DNA from: a virus
Lineage: Duplodnaviria; Caudoviricetes
Length of the DNA: 64,000 bases
Virus record (IMG/VR): IMGVR_UViG_3300028048_003227
Span: 48,409 to 112,408 of that record
Reading direction: 5' to 3' (one strand)
Positions within the stretch are counted from its first letter, which is position 1, and the number at the start of each line of letters is the position of its first letter. The position numbers and the translations under genes were made by a program. The notes beneath the pieces are model-generated. The model did not search any database. It was not told the DNA's origin and was given only the letters and a program-made list of their open reading frames with translations. Below are positions 1-11,044 of the stretch, in pieces.

Positions 1-333
1 GAAGATTTTGCAGAGGACACTCTTGAGGATCTTAGACCAGCCGATCAAAAGAAAGTAAAGGATATTCTTGATGATGTTAAAAAGAATATGATTAAATGTG
101 GTAGAGTATTCTTAGGTAACTGGGGTGAAGGTTATTATGATGATATGGATGAAGCTTGGGATTATTTCTATGCGGAATCAGGATGTAAGAAGAGAAATTT
201 CTGCATCAATATGTTTCAGGACGGAGACGATGGGGATTACTATTATGTAGAATTCAAAAAGAATGTCGATCCGAAACTGGTAGAGGATTTTAAAGCATTG
301 TTTAGTGATGATGTTTGGTTTAACGAAAGATAA
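1..333 (+). CDS. hypothetical protein, 5'-truncated by window edge
   Basis: frame open from base 1 to TAA 331-333; followed by terminator. Confidence 0.7.
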   Translation, partial: EDFAEDTLEDLRPADQKKVKDILDDVKKNMIKCGRVFLGNWGEGYYDDMDEAWDYFYAESGCKKRNFCINMFQDGDDGDYYYVEFKKNVDPKLVEDFKALFSDDVWFNER

Positions 334-362
334 TATTATCAAATATTAAATTAATAAAAATC

Positions 363-390
363 AAAGGAGATCCCCACAAGGATCTCCTTT
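363..390. terminator. intrinsic terminator hairpin
   Basis: aaaggagatcc-ccacaa-ggatctccttt. Confidence 0.7.
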
Positions 391-436
391 ATTATTTAAA
401 TGATACTTTGTATCATGGAAATCAAACTATTTATAC

Positions 437-2101
437 ATGACTGGATGTCCTATAAAACGTATAATAACTTTTAAAAACGCCGTTGCGTTTGCTCCCATAA
501 AACTTACAGATGAACTAGGGAACGATATAACTAACGTAAGTATGTATTCCTGGAGTAGTGACGGTGCCTGTTGGACCGGTTGGGTTAGTTATGAGCAGTA
601 TCTGGGACTCGCAAAAAATATAGAGAGTGATTACTTTTTAAGGATAATGATAACCGGGGGTCTGGGAAAGATATATTATAATGATCTCCTAACTGACTGT
701 TATAGTATTTGTCTTGATAACACCAACGCGTTCCTTAAAGAGTTCTGCGACTCATCCACACTTTTCCAACCATACACAGGGCTTGATTGCGCCCTTCTCC
801 TCCAACAGCAGATGGCAGATAGCGTGGTGTGTATGTTTGGGATACCTGTTTATTACCTCCGTGTAACTCCCAATCAAGAGTCTGTGGATTATACATTTAA
901 AGAATGGACACTCCATAACATCATTGACATTAAACAACTCAAGCTTATGATACCAGATGGTACCATGCCTTCATCCAACCCAAAACTCACGGATTTTGAT
1001 TTTGATTGGGAAGTGGATTGGGAAACGGAACTGAGTAAGAATCAATTTGCAAAGGCATTCGGAGACACTGCATTTCCAAAACAACGTGATCTTGTTTATA
1101 TCCCTCTTATGAAACGACTCTGGGAGGTAAACAGCGCTTATGATGAAAAGAACGAGGGACTCCTATGGAGACCGACCACATGGAAACTTGCTCTTATCAA
1201 GTACAACGAAAAGACAAATGTTGATAAAGGAGACTTTGAAGGGTTAATTGATGGATGGTTGGTTAATAAGTATGATGAGACTTTTGGCGAAGCAGAGAGA
1301 GAAGAACAAGAGAGAGAAAGTGGAACAACACAACTATCCGCTCCAAAGTTCTCTGCTACAAACTTATATAATATATTTATGGAAGACGGAGTAAGAAAGC
1401 AGTTTACCAAAGAAGATATAACAATACAAGATAAAATATATTGTAATCGTAATAATATAGTTGCGAGAAATATATATAGATTTAAAAATGAGAATGGATG
1501 TGTGACCTATCAAAAACCTCTTTGCGGTGGTGACGGATGGATTTCATTTATAATAGAAACCCCTGGATCAATGGAGGTAATGGAAAGAAAAGAGATTTTA
1601 AAGTTTAGCGAGATTAGTGTTGATGTTGCTTTCGATGGAGAACACTTTATTTTATCATGGAATAATATGTCAGCATCCCTTGACCCATTCTCTTGCTATA
1701 TGGTGGTGATTAGATGGAATAGCCATAATAGATCGGTAGATTTTAACGTTTATCCTTATACACATGAGGATCGTCCTATATATCTTCTTAAACCCGAGAT
1801 GTATTGGTGGGATTTTGAACATCCTATAACAACATCTGTAGATAATTTTAATAATTATTTTAGTGAGAGCTATCAGGTAGGTGGAACGAAAAATGTATAT
1901 AATGATGATTGGTCTATAGAAGGAGAGTGTGTTATACACCCCTGGCCTATTGCTATGACAAATATTAAATATTACCGAGGTGTAATGAATATTGAAGATA
2001 TATTAAAAGAAAGTATTAAATACACCACTAATCACGAACAATGTGTTATTAACGACCTTGCCCGTCCTATACTTGATGGACATGGATATGCTGTGAGATA
2101 A
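437..2101 (+). CDS. T4 gp14-like neck/head-completion protein with extensions
   Basis: MFGIPVYYLRV and PKQRDLVYIPLMKRLWEV resemble gp14 motifs. Confidence 0.6.
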   Translation: MTGCPIKRIITFKNAVAFAPIKLTDELGNDITNVSMYSWSSDGACWTGWVSYEQYLGLAKNIESDYFLRIMITGGLGKIYYNDLLTDCYSICLDNTNAFLKEFCDSSTLFQPYTGLDCALLLQQQMADSVVCMFGIPVYYLRVTPNQESVDYTFKEWTLHNIIDIKQLKLMIPDGTMPSSNPKLTDFDFDWEVDWETELSKNQFAKAFGDTAFPKQRDLVYIPLMKRLWEVNSAYDEKNEGLLWRPTTWKLALIKYNEKTNVDKGDFEGLIDGWLVNKYDETFGEAEREEQERESGTTQLSAPKFSATNLYNIFMEDGVRKQFTKEDITIQDKIYCNRNNIVARNIYRFKNENGCVTYQKPLCGGDGWISFIIETPGSMEVMERKEILKFSEISVDVAFDGEHFILSWNNMSASLDPFSCYMVVIRWNSHNRSVDFNVYPYTHEDRPIYLLKPEMYWWDFEHPITTSVDNFNNYFSESYQVGGTKNVYNDDWSIEGECVIHPWPIAMTNIKYYRGVMNIEDILKESIKYTTNHEQCVINDLARPILDGHGYAVR

Positions 2102-2118
2102 AATTATTGATGATTATT

Positions 2119-2643
2119 ATGAAGAGTTTAATGGAATCATTGTTTGATAATGATTTAGTTGAAAGAAATATTGGGTTCTTTAATTACTATAAATGGAGAT
2201 TTGGGCGGATATCGTTAATAAATCGAGAGGGTTCTTCAGTTACTAATGATTTAAGTCAAAATCTCGATGACGATTCATTCAAAAAGGTTTTTAAAACAAC
2301 CGAACTTAATCAACTTCCAAAATATAAAAAACTATCATTAAATAATTTTGATAAATATGAGCAACCATTATTGAGTCAAATTTATCATACTCTTGAGATG
2401 ACACCATTTAATAAAGTTGATGATAGATGGAAATTGGGAAGAGTTGTTCATGATTCAATAAAAGATATCATTAAAGTACCTGTCTCTGGTGGCATGACAA
2501 CAGTTCATATGTATCCGAATACAAAATCAACATCTATTGATAGGGATAATGTTAAAAACATCACTGTTTATGTCGAATATGTATTAAATATTAATAAAAA
2601 ACTATATGATTTGATAGTTGATTTAAGTTTTGAAAAGAATTAA
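2119..2643 (+). CDS. hypothetical protein with MKSLxESLFD leader
   Basis: start placed at MKSLMESLFD by analogy to paralogous leaders. Confidence 0.7.
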   Translation: MKSLMESLFDNDLVERNIGFFNYYKWRFGRISLINREGSSVTNDLSQNLDDDSFKKVFKTTELNQLPKYKKLSLNNFDKYEQPLLSQIYHTLEMTPFNKVDDRWKLGRVVHDSIKDIIKVPVSGGMTTVHMYPNTKSTSIDRDNVKNITVYVEYVLNINKKLYDLIVDLSFEKN

Positions 2644-2644
2644 T

Positions 2645-3133
2645 ATGAAGAGTTTAGTAGAAAGTTTATTTGATAAGGATTTAATTTCTAAAGATATCTT
2701 TAATACTCACCCAAAATCTTGGGAGGAGTTACATCAGACTGTATACGAATACTTGAAAGCAGTTAAACCAAAAGAAGGAGAAATTGTTGATCTCAATTGG
2801 ATAAATACCAAAGACGTTGACGATATGGGACATATATTTTATGAACCCGAAAGCGATGTACAGTATGATTTATACAATTATGATGTTTCAAAATGGAATG
2901 TCAAGAAAGTGACATGCATGTATGAAATGTTCTGTGGTTGCAAGTATTTTAATTGTGACATATCTGGATGGGATGTTAGCAATCTTGAGGACGCGGAAAC
3001 AATGTTTTATGGATGTACGAAGTTCAATCAAAATTTAGAGAAATGGAACCCTCGTAAGTTAAAATATATGCATGGTATGTTTGATGATTGTGATTCCCTT
3101 AAAAAATTACCGAGTTGGTATAAAGTAAAATGA
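2645..3133 (+). CDS. DUF285/BspA-like repeat protein with MKSLVESLFD leader
   Basis: FNxDISxWDVSxxxxMxxMF repeats. Confidence 0.75.
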   Translation: MKSLVESLFDKDLISKDIFNTHPKSWEELHQTVYEYLKAVKPKEGEIVDLNWINTKDVDDMGHIFYEPESDVQYDLYNYDVSKWNVKKVTCMYEMFCGCKYFNCDISGWDVSNLEDAETMFYGCTKFNQNLEKWNPRKLKYMHGMFDDCDSLKKLPSWYKVK

Positions 3134-3624
3134 TGAAGAGTTTAGTAGAAAGTTTGTTTGATAATAATCTTGCTAAAAAAGATTTATGTATAGGTGATGT
3201 GTATAAGTTATCAAGCACACCACATGATAATTATTTCTCTAATGATCCTTTCTTATTTGTAGATCTATTCAAAGGAAAAGAATTGAAGAAAATAAAAGGA
3301 AATTATACATATGTTGACCCAAATAACGGATTTGTGGAATATTGGAATAGGATGAAAGATAATTTGAAGGGATTTGGTATAGCCCCTGTTATCGATATAA
3401 TTCTTAAAGCCCCAATAAGCATCATTACTGACCGTTATCCCACTAATTGTGAATCGGAGTTTAAGAAATACCTTGAACCTTATATTCATTCCTTGGATTA
3501 TAAAGATTTTAGAGTTTTTATAGACTTTTATAATAAAAAAAGAGATATAATAAAATTATCGTTTTATGATAATATACTAGACTCAAAACCTAGTTCTATG
3601 ACAATACATTTAGAGAAGATATGA
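3130..3624 (+). CDS. hypothetical protein with MKSLVESLFD leader
   Basis: ORF; shared leader. Confidence 0.7.
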   Translation: MMKSLVESLFDNNLAKKDLCIGDVYKLSSTPHDNYFSNDPFLFVDLFKGKELKKIKGNYTYVDPNNGFVEYWNRMKDNLKGFGIAPVIDIILKAPISIITDRYPTNCESEFKKYLEPYIHSLDYKDFRVFIDFYNKKRDIIKLSFYDNILDSKPSSMTIHLEKI

Positions 3625-4073
3625 AAAGTTTAAAAGAGAGCCTATTTGACAGTGATCTTGCCACCAAGGATTTAACTTTTGGTGATTTGTTTGAGTTGGA
3701 TGAAAAATACAGTTCCAATTGGAAGTATTGTCCATTGGATAAACAGTTTAGTGCTCAGAAAATAAAATCCAAGACTAAAGTGACTGGATCAGACAAGTGT
3801 GAAATTATCTTCAACGGATTGGTTAAACTGATAGAAAATATCAAGCTTAAAGGATTCCCAGAGGATATGAATAAAGGATGGCTCTCCCATGAAGTAGAGA
3901 GTGCGGTATGGGATTTCTTCCGGCATGGTGAGGTGAAGAAGAGAGTGTATGTTATGTTTTTGAATAATGGACATCTCATTTTAGATAGAGATAGAAGTTT
4001 GTTTGGCGATAGTTTTGATACCATACAAATTATTGTGGGACCGGAGCTTAATTTAGTGTTTAGACGTAAATAA
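3621..4073 (+). CDS. hypothetical protein with MKSLKESLFD leader
   Basis: ORF; shared leader. Confidence 0.7.
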   Translation: MKSLKESLFDSDLATKDLTFGDLFELDEKYSSNWKYCPLDKQFSAQKIKSKTKVTGSDKCEIIFNGLVKLIENIKLKGFPEDMNKGWLSHEVESAVWDFFRHGEVKKRVYVMFLNNGHLILDRDRSLFGDSFDTIQIIVGPELNLVFRRK

Positions 4074-4154
4074 TTAATAATGACATATTTAACGAGGCAG
4101 TTGTTTTTGCAGTTGCCTCTTATTTTTCTCGAAAGTTTTAAATATATTATACAT

Positions 4155-6299
4155 ATGATGAATGTTAGAAAGAGTGATGGTTCGTATGAACCTTATGATC
4201 CTAGTAAAGTAAAAAGTGGAATATTTGCAGCATATAAACATGCAAAACAAAAATTTGACGATAATGTTGCAAATGAAATAGTTGAACATTTAGATATTTT
4301 TGATGGTATGTCAACAACGGATATTAGAGATGTTGTTGAAGATCAATTAATGTCTATTAATAAAAAAGTGGCGAAGGCTTATATAAAACACGGAGAAGAT
4401 TTATCTTTTATTAAAAACAGAATTAAATATATGGATGAATATATGAATTCTGACGATAATGCAGCATCCTCTTCGGAGACCGACCCCAACGCAAATATTA
4501 CAAATAAAAATGTTTCTAATCTCGATGGTGAGGTATATAAAATAACGAATCGTAAAAGTCATCGATATAGAATGCATCGTGAATTAAAAAAGACCTTTCC
4601 TGAAGTAGCTGATCAATATGAAAAAGATATAGATAATCATATTATATATATTCACGATGAGGCCTCATCTCCATCCGTAAAAAATTATTGCGAAGCAGTG
4701 TCTCTTTATCCATTATTAATTGACGGGACAAAGAATATGGATGGACTTAACATAACAGCTCCGAAAAATCTTAATTCTTTTTGTGGTCAACTTGTTAATT
4801 TAACGTTTTTACTTGCAAGTCAATGTAAAGGTGCTGTGGCTTTTGGGGAATTTTTTAATTTTCTTGATTATTTTTGCGCGAAAGAATTTGGTGACGATTA
4901 TATAAATCATCTTGATGATTGGGCAGACACGGAACTTATAAAAAATAGAAAAACAGTACACGAGAAAATTCACCAAGCGTTTCAACAAATTATATATTGC
5001 ATAAATCAACCGAGTGGAAACAGATCCGCGCAATCCCCATTTACAAATATTTCTTATTATGATTCCGGATATTGGCATTCTCTTTTTGATAATTTTTATT
5101 TTCCTGACGGATCTAAACCTTCTTGGGAAAGGGTGAGCTGGTTGCAAAAAGATTTTATGAAATGGTTTAATGCCGAAAGGAGCAAAACACTTTTAACATT
5201 CCCGGTGGAAACAATGGCGCTTCTTACAGATGGTTATGATGTGATAGATAAAGAATATAAAGATTTTACTGCGGAGATGTGGGCAGAGGGTCATTCGTTC
5301 TTCCTTTATCTCTCTGATAGCCCGGATAGTTTAGCATCATGTTGTCGTCTACGCAATTCTTTAGCACCTGATGCAAAAGAATTTAGTTTTACTAATGGAT
5401 TATCTGGAGTTATGACGGGGTCATGTAATGTAATTACCTTAAATCTTAATAGAATAATTCAAAATTATTTTAGATCCATCGGAGATAAAGATCCCGTTAC
5501 AAAGAAGCGCGAATATAAAACACAAGAGTTTGAAAAATATTTTTGCAATATAGTTAATAGGGTTATTAAATATCATATCGCATACAAAAACCTTTTATAT
5601 GATGTAGAAAAGAAAGGTATGTTATCTGCATCCACTGCGGGATATATAACTATGAACAAACTATTCTCTACAATTGGAGTTAATGGATTTAATGAGGCTG
5701 CTGAATATGTAGGGTTAAAATGTAGTTATAATGATGATTATAAAGAATTTTGCCAATATTTAACTGGGCTGATTTCCAGAGAAGAAGATAAAATAACTGA
5801 TAAACGGTATAAAATGAATCTTGAATTTGTACCCGCAGAAAGTCTTGGTGGAAAGAATTATAATTGGGATAAAGAAGATGGTTATTGGGTACCAAATAAT
5901 AGAGTTCTTTATAATTCATATTTTTATCTCGCGGATGATCCAAAAACATCAGTTCTTGATAAACTTAGAATGCATGGACGAGACTTTGTAAAGAATCTTT
6001 CCGGTGGTGTTGGATGTCATATCAATCTTGATTCTCATCTATCTAAAGAACAATATTTAAAATTAATGGATTTCGCCATTGCTAACGGTACAAATTATTA
6101 TACGTTTAATATTAAACAATGTTCATGTGATAAATGCAATCATATTGAAAAAACCCATTTTAGTGTTTGTCCTAAATGTGGTTCAACAGAAACAACAGAC
6201 TGGACAAGAATTATTGGTTATCTCCGACCGGTTAAAAATTTTGAGAATGCTCGAAAGATAGAAGAATCAAAAAGGGTTTACAGTAAAGAGATTGAGTGA
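4155..6299 (+). CDS. nrdD: anaerobic ribonucleoside-triphosphate reductase (class III) with ATP cone
   Basis: VRKSDG ATP cone, SCCRL, CxxC/CPKCG, RIIGYL glycyl-radical motif. Confidence 0.95.
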   Translation: MMNVRKSDGSYEPYDPSKVKSGIFAAYKHAKQKFDDNVANEIVEHLDIFDGMSTTDIRDVVEDQLMSINKKVAKAYIKHGEDLSFIKNRIKYMDEYMNSDDNAASSSETDPNANITNKNVSNLDGEVYKITNRKSHRYRMHRELKKTFPEVADQYEKDIDNHIIYIHDEASSPSVKNYCEAVSLYPLLIDGTKNMDGLNITAPKNLNSFCGQLVNLTFLLASQCKGAVAFGEFFNFLDYFCAKEFGDDYINHLDDWADTELIKNRKTVHEKIHQAFQQIIYCINQPSGNRSAQSPFTNISYYDSGYWHSLFDNFYFPDGSKPSWERVSWLQKDFMKWFNAERSKTLLTFPVETMALLTDGYDVIDKEYKDFTAEMWAEGHSFFLYLSDSPDSLASCCRLRNSLAPDAKEFSFTNGLSGVMTGSCNVITLNLNRIIQNYFRSIGDKDPVTKKREYKTQEFEKYFCNIVNRVIKYHIAYKNLLYDVEKKGMLSASTAGYITMNKLFSTIGVNGFNEAAEYVGLKCSYNDDYKEFCQYLTGLISREEDKITDKRYKMNLEFVPAESLGGKNYNWDKEDGYWVPNNRVLYNSYFYLADDPKTSVLDKLRMHGRDFVKNLSGGVGCHINLDSHLSKEQYLKLMDFAIANGTNYYTFNIKQCSCDKCNHIEKTHFSVCPKCGSTETTDWTRIIGYLRPVKNFENARKIEESKRVYSKEIE

Positions 6300-6382
6300 T
6301 CAATCTCTTTTTTAATGGATTGAAATGCGCGGGTTGAAGCGAGTTGATTTAATTTTTAAGCACAATTTGTTATTATTTATAT

Positions 6383-7459
6383 ATGAAAGAAAACATTGGA
6401 AAATTTCCTATTTCAAAAGAAGAATTGTTTGATTTATATATCAATAAACAGATGACGTGTAAAGAGATAGGAGAACTTATAAATGTCAGTAAAGAAAAGG
6501 TGTTGTGGTGGATTAAAAAATTTAAAATTCCCGTTAGATCAACTGGTAATATAAAAGGAAAAGAATATCACTTTAAAGCTCATAATAAAATTAATTTTGA
6601 TAATGATCACTTAGCGGAAGTATATTTATCAGGATATACAATGAAAGAAATGGAAAAAATTTTTCATTGTAGCAGAGATGCTATACGAAATCAAGTAAAA
6701 CACCTAGGATTAAAAAGATCTCCAGAAATATGCAAGCAATTGTTGTCGACAGCCAGAGCAGATACTTCAAAAGATGATTTGATAATATCATTATATGAAC
6801 AAGGATTATCAAGCACGGAAATATCTAATATATTAAATTGGACTTCCGTTACAATTTTAAATCACTTACGCAAAGCAAATAAAACATCTAGATCTTTATC
6901 AGAATCACAATTCGCTCATAATAAAAAAGAATATCCCGAAGATTTAGATAATTTTGAAAAATTATATGATATGTATATTTCAAATCGTATGTCGAAAAAA
7001 GATATAGGATTTCAATATAATGTAGCTCCAGCTGTTGTTGATAGTAGATTAAAAAAATTTGGTATTAAAATAAGAGGAGTATCCGAAACGATGAAGGGAC
7101 GGTTTATAGGGGAAAATCATCCAAATTGGAAAGGCGGAAGATCTGGATTATATATAAGATTAAGAGAATATTTTGCGGTTAATCAAATAAAAGACATATT
7201 AAAGAGGGATCAATATAAATGTCAATTATGTGGTAGTAAGAAAAAATTACAAGTTCATCATATAGTACCTTTTAAAAACATATTTGACGATATACTTAAT
7301 GAGCATCCTGAATTAGATATTATTAAAAATGAACATGAATTATATGATATAATGAGAAATGATCCCAGATTAAATAATATGGATAATTTGATCACATATT
7401 GTAAAGAATGTCATTTATTTAAAGTTCATGGCTATAAAAAATCTATAAGAAATGATTAA
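6383..7459 (+). CDS. free-standing HNH homing endonuclease with HTH repeats
   Basis: HPNWKGG, RDQYKCQLCG, LQVHHI, NLITYCKECH. Confidence 0.85.
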   Translation: MKENIGKFPISKEELFDLYINKQMTCKEIGELINVSKEKVLWWIKKFKIPVRSTGNIKGKEYHFKAHNKINFDNDHLAEVYLSGYTMKEMEKIFHCSRDAIRNQVKHLGLKRSPEICKQLLSTARADTSKDDLIISLYEQGLSSTEISNILNWTSVTILNHLRKANKTSRSLSESQFAHNKKEYPEDLDNFEKLYDMYISNRMSKKDIGFQYNVAPAVVDSRLKKFGIKIRGVSETMKGRFIGENHPNWKGGRSGLYIRLREYFAVNQIKDILKRDQYKCQLCGSKKKLQVHHIVPFKNIFDDILNEHPELDIIKNEHELYDIMRNDPRLNNMDNLITYCKECHLFKVHGYKKSIRND

Positions 7460-7931
7460 ATACGTACCAGAAGATACACAAGTAACATTTGCAGAGATCC
7501 CAGATGAGATCACACTCTGCATTAATCTAAGTGGTTGTCCTCATAGTTGTTATGGTTGTCACAGCAAGTACCTAAGAGGAGATATTGGTGAAGAGTTAAC
7601 AAATGAAGCCCTGCATGATCTTATTAAAAAGAACCCTGGAGTGACCTGTGTTTGTTTCATGGGTGGAGACGGGGATAAAGATAGACTTATTGAGTTGGCG
7701 AAGGATGTGGCGGATGTAGGGCTTAAAGTGGGTTGGTATAGTGGGGAAGAAGAAGTGAGTATGTATAAATACGGATGGTACTTCGACTATATCAAAGTTG
7801 GTCCGTACAACGAAAGCCTAGGTCCCCTCAACTCCCCTACTACCAACCAAAGATTATATAAGATTGGAAGATTATATAATCAAGGACAAATTATAAGCGA
7901 AGATATAACAAATAAATTTTGGAATAAATGA
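7452..7931 (+). CDS. nrdG: anaerobic RNR activase (radical SAM)
   Basis: GCPHSCYGCHS motif next to nrdD. Confidence 0.92.
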   Translation: MIKYVPEDTQVTFAEIPDEITLCINLSGCPHSCYGCHSKYLRGDIGEELTNEALHDLIKKNPGVTCVCFMGGDGDKDRLIELAKDVADVGLKVGWYSGEEEVSMYKYGWYFDYIKVGPYNESLGPLNSPTTNQRLYKIGRLYNQGQIISEDITNKFWNK

Positions 7932-8227
7932 TTACAATTGATGATTATGGTGAGTTCATCACTGCTATAAACGATCATGATGTTTGCCTAGTGAAGATAG
8001 GAGCTGAGTGGTGTGGTCAATGTAAAGTGGTTCAAAAAACTATAGAAGATATTGAAAAATCACACAGTGATGTATATTTTATTAATGTAGATGCAGATGA
8101 GGCTGAAGATATAATTGAAAAATTTAATATTAGAAATATCCCTGTAACTATTGTTATTAAAAAGGGTCAAGTTGATTCAAGGGTAGTTGGGATACAGTCT
8201 CAAGCAGAATTAGAGAGTAGACTTTAA
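7928..8227 (+). CDS. thioredoxin
   Basis: WCGQC and NIRNIP motifs. Confidence 0.88.
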   Translation: MITIDDYGEFITAINDHDVCLVKIGAEWCGQCKVVQKTIEDIEKSHSDVYFINVDADEAEDIIEKFNIRNIPVTIVIKKGQVDSRVVGIQSQAELESRL

Positions 8228-8242
8228 ATAAATTTATATATA

Positions 8243-8842
8243 ATGAAAAAAGTTGTTTTTAAAGGTATTGTTAATGACAAAGAGTTTGACAATGTAAATG
8301 ATTATAATGAAGAAATGAGTAAACTTATAAGAGAAGGCGTTTCTATAAGTGCATCATCTTCAACACAGTTGGTTGACGAACCAGAGAAAACTAAGGAAGA
8401 ACCTGCAGAGAAAACCGTAGAGGAAGATAAACCCACAGTAGAAAGATATATTGACATTCTTGATTCAATACTTTCTCCTTATTTTGGGGAGGGTCCTTAT
8501 TATCTTGATGTTGTCTCTGGGGACGAAGAGCTTGATAAAAGGGCGTTAGAAAAAGTCAAAAATGATCTTACTGATGCTAAGACGAGACTCGAAAAAGTAC
8601 TTGATATGGAACACTTTAGTCTTGATGAAGCACTTGAAGCCATGTCTAGGTATAAGTCCATTCGTGATAATATTGTTGAAGACTCTTACCAGAATGAAAC
8701 AGTTATCAGAGATCTTGAACAGGAGATTGAAAAGGATAAAACTAAACTTAATACCCTTCGGAGTTCCAAACCATTTATTAAGGAGTTTCTCGAGGGATAC
8801 ACAGATCTGTTTAATAGTATTCGCCAATATTTGTTGAGTTAA
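8243..8842 (+). CDS. hypothetical coiled-coil protein
   Basis: ORF followed by terminator hairpin near 8861-8888. Confidence 0.7.
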   Translation: MKKVVFKGIVNDKEFDNVNDYNEEMSKLIREGVSISASSSTQLVDEPEKTKEEPAEKTVEEDKPTVERYIDILDSILSPYFGEGPYYLDVVSGDEELDKRALEKVKNDLTDAKTRLEKVLDMEHFSLDEALEAMSRYKSIRDNIVEDSYQNETVIRDLEQEIEKDKTKLNTLRSSKPFIKEFLEGYTDLFNSIRQYLLS

Positions 8843-8906
8843 CTATTGTTTTTATTGGATAAGGGGGATTTCAGAAAGAATCCCCTTTATTTTTATATAT
8901 TCTATC

Positions 8907-9323
8907 ATGAGTGTTTATTCTGATAATTATAACAAAGCCCTAGCCGGTTATAATAAGATTAAGTCGTGCATCGAATCCTGTACCTCTCTCGAACATCTCG
9001 AAGGGGTACAAAGAATAATCAATGGGTGGTTGGAAATAGTTGGTAATTATGCCGAAGAGATATTCTGTGATAAATCTATTGGTGGTCGTAGGAAGAGGAA
9101 GAAAGCAGCCGAAGACTATTCACAGGTCATAACAACTATGTTTAGTGATATTAAATCTAACTTTGAAAATAAAAACATGGAACTGATCCCGGAGGATTAT
9201 GAAAGTGTATATAAACCCGTCAGGATTCGTTCAATTCAAGAATACAATGAACCGATTAGAGAAAATTTTAGCTACGATAACGGGAGTGTTATTGCTCTTT
9301 GTGACACTCCTGATAGCGAGTGA
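8907..9323 (+). CDS. hypothetical protein
   Basis: ORF in operon. Confidence 0.6.
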   Translation: MSVYSDNYNKALAGYNKIKSCIESCTSLEHLEGVQRIINGWLEIVGNYAEEIFCDKSIGGRRKRKKAAEDYSQVITTMFSDIKSNFENKNMELIPEDYESVYKPVRIRSIQEYNEPIRENFSYDNGSVIALCDTPDSE

Positions 9324-9945
9324 GTGTAGTACTTATCGTAAAAGTAAAACATGGGAACATAACTACAGGGTCATGCGGGACTCTATGACTATTGTACAAA
9401 CAAAGCTGGGTGAGACACTTGCCGAGCGCGGATCTCTCATTTTAGATAAACGTGAACTTGAGGACGCTCTTGGTATATCACATGATCAAATTAAATCTTA
9501 TGAAAAGACCCTTGGGAGTAAACTTGCTTATATAAGTAAACTTGAAAGCCAACTACAGGTGAAGGACACAGTCACATTGACAAAAGTCGTTCATGATACG
9601 TTAAGTAATTCATATACAGGTAGTTACAACGATGAGTGGATGTCTTTTAATCAAAAATTTATCCTAGATAAGAATCCCAGATTTGAAGTATATGACATCA
9701 GCATGAATGTACCTCTTAAGGTCGGACTAACTAATGACTATACTATCTTCGTCACATCTCCCAATCCATACTTTCATCCAACGGATATAGAGGGGGCTGT
9801 GATAGATGGAAGTAGATTCACTAAAAAACAAAGGCGATTGAATATAGGATTGTATGGTGGTGTTGGTATAGGATATGGGATGATTGGAAAACAGCTTGAT
9901 ATTGGACCTCAGGTAGGAGTAGGGATAGGATACAGGATATTATAA
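9247..9945 (+). CDS. N-terminally membrane-anchored coiled-coil protein, possible spanin-like
   Basis: N-terminal TM, coiled coil, Gly/aromatic beta-strand C-terminus. Confidence 0.5.
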   Translation: MNRLEKILATITGVLLLFVTLLIASECSTYRKSKTWEHNYRVMRDSMTIVQTKLGETLAERGSLILDKRELEDALGISHDQIKSYEKTLGSKLAYISKLESQLQVKDTVTLTKVVHDTLSNSYTGSYNDEWMSFNQKFILDKNPRFEVYDISMNVPLKVGLTNDYTIFVTSPNPYFHPTDIEGAVIDGSRFTKKQRRLNIGLYGGVGIGYGMIGKQLDIGPQVGVGIGYRIL

Positions 9946-10036
9946 AAATTAAACACATCCGGATGGATGTGTTTTTTAGTATTAGTAGTAAATTTTTAAA
10001 AGGGATTTGATAAATATATTCATAAAATGATTTGGT

Positions 10037-10258
10037 ATGAATGTTTTTAGTGATATTATTGGTGTTGAAGATGGATACAATGAGAACGGCAAACAGCTGT
10101 ACTCATTCGATTTCACCGAAAAACAAATAAATGTTCTCAAGGCGGCATTATACTTCGCTGAGTTACTGAAAACCAAAAGTGGTATGCGGTTGTATAAAAC
10201 CTTTTGTGAAGCGGTGAATGATGATATGGACAAAGTAATACTTTCAAAATATGAGTAA
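10037..10258 (+). CDS. hypothetical protein
   Basis: ORF. Confidence 0.55.
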   Translation: MNVFSDIIGVEDGYNENGKQLYSFDFTEKQINVLKAALYFAELLKTKSGMRLYKTFCEAVNDDMDKVILSKYE

Positions 10259-10871
10259 AAAGGTTAGCTCAAAGGTTTGGACGCTTGTTAATAACATCGA
10301 ACCTGGTGTTAGTAAAAATATTGATTGGGAAACTGCCTGGAACAAGTTAGCGACCTGGGGAGGATTTGAAGGAGGACTTGAGACTAAAGCTGATGGCACC
10401 ACGTTGTTTGATATTTGGATTGAAGGACAGAAGATCAAAGTCCTTAATATCAAGGATGGATGGAATACAAAAGAAGCTGATTGGAACTGGGATCAGGTCT
10501 TTGGACAGGCATTGGATTATATATTTTCCGAAGGCCTTATCAAGAAGCCTCGGGCTCGGAGGAAAGATGCGAAGGTAAAGAAGGTTGCAAAAGCCGTCAT
10601 AAATCGCACAAAAACCGCGCAAATTTCGATGCAAACAGAAAAGATGAGTAATTCTATTGCCGAGCACGAGAAAGCGCTTAAAAACAAAGAATTTGAGAAG
10701 GAGTGGTATAGCGAGAAGAATTTGCAGGAGATGAAGAAACGCCTGGGTAATCTTTCTGTCAAAAAGAGTGGTTGGAAAAAGAAAGGTAAGGACCTGAGCG
10801 GGTTAGAGGAAGAGATTGAGGAAGTGAGGAAAAATATCAAAGACATTAAAGATAGGTTGAAAGTTTTGTAA
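10251..10871 (+). CDS. hypothetical basic protein
   Basis: ORF. Confidence 0.7.
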   Translation: MSKKVSSKVWTLVNNIEPGVSKNIDWETAWNKLATWGGFEGGLETKADGTTLFDIWIEGQKIKVLNIKDGWNTKEADWNWDQVFGQALDYIFSEGLIKKPRARRKDAKVKKVAKAVINRTKTAQISMQTEKMSNSIAEHEKALKNKEFEKEWYSEKNLQEMKKRLGNLSVKKSGWKKKGKDLSGLEEEIEEVRKNIKDIKDRLKVL

Positions 10872-10879
10872 TTATAATC

Positions 10880-11032
10880 ATGAAGGTATTTAAAGTCATA
10901 TATGAAAGTTTGAATGGTGCTACGAAAGTAGTACAGGTGTCTGCCCCATCAGAGAAGGATGTGGTGGAGTATGTGTTTAATCGTTATCCGGATTGTTTTC
11001 AAGTTATCTCTCCAGATCCTCGCTACCTGTAA
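10880..11032 (+). CDS. small hypothetical protein (50 aa)
   Basis: read manually; same upstream gttttgtaattataatcATG as gene at 13531. Confidence 0.5.
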   Translation: MKVFKVIYESLNGATKVVQVSAPSEKDVVEYVFNRYPDCFQVISPDPRYL

Positions 11033-11044
11033 ATAAAAACAAAA

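Noticed and set aside
6383-7459. HNH gene as part of an intron in nrdD or nrdG
   Set aside because: Both flanking genes appear complete and no group I core is visible; it is free-standing
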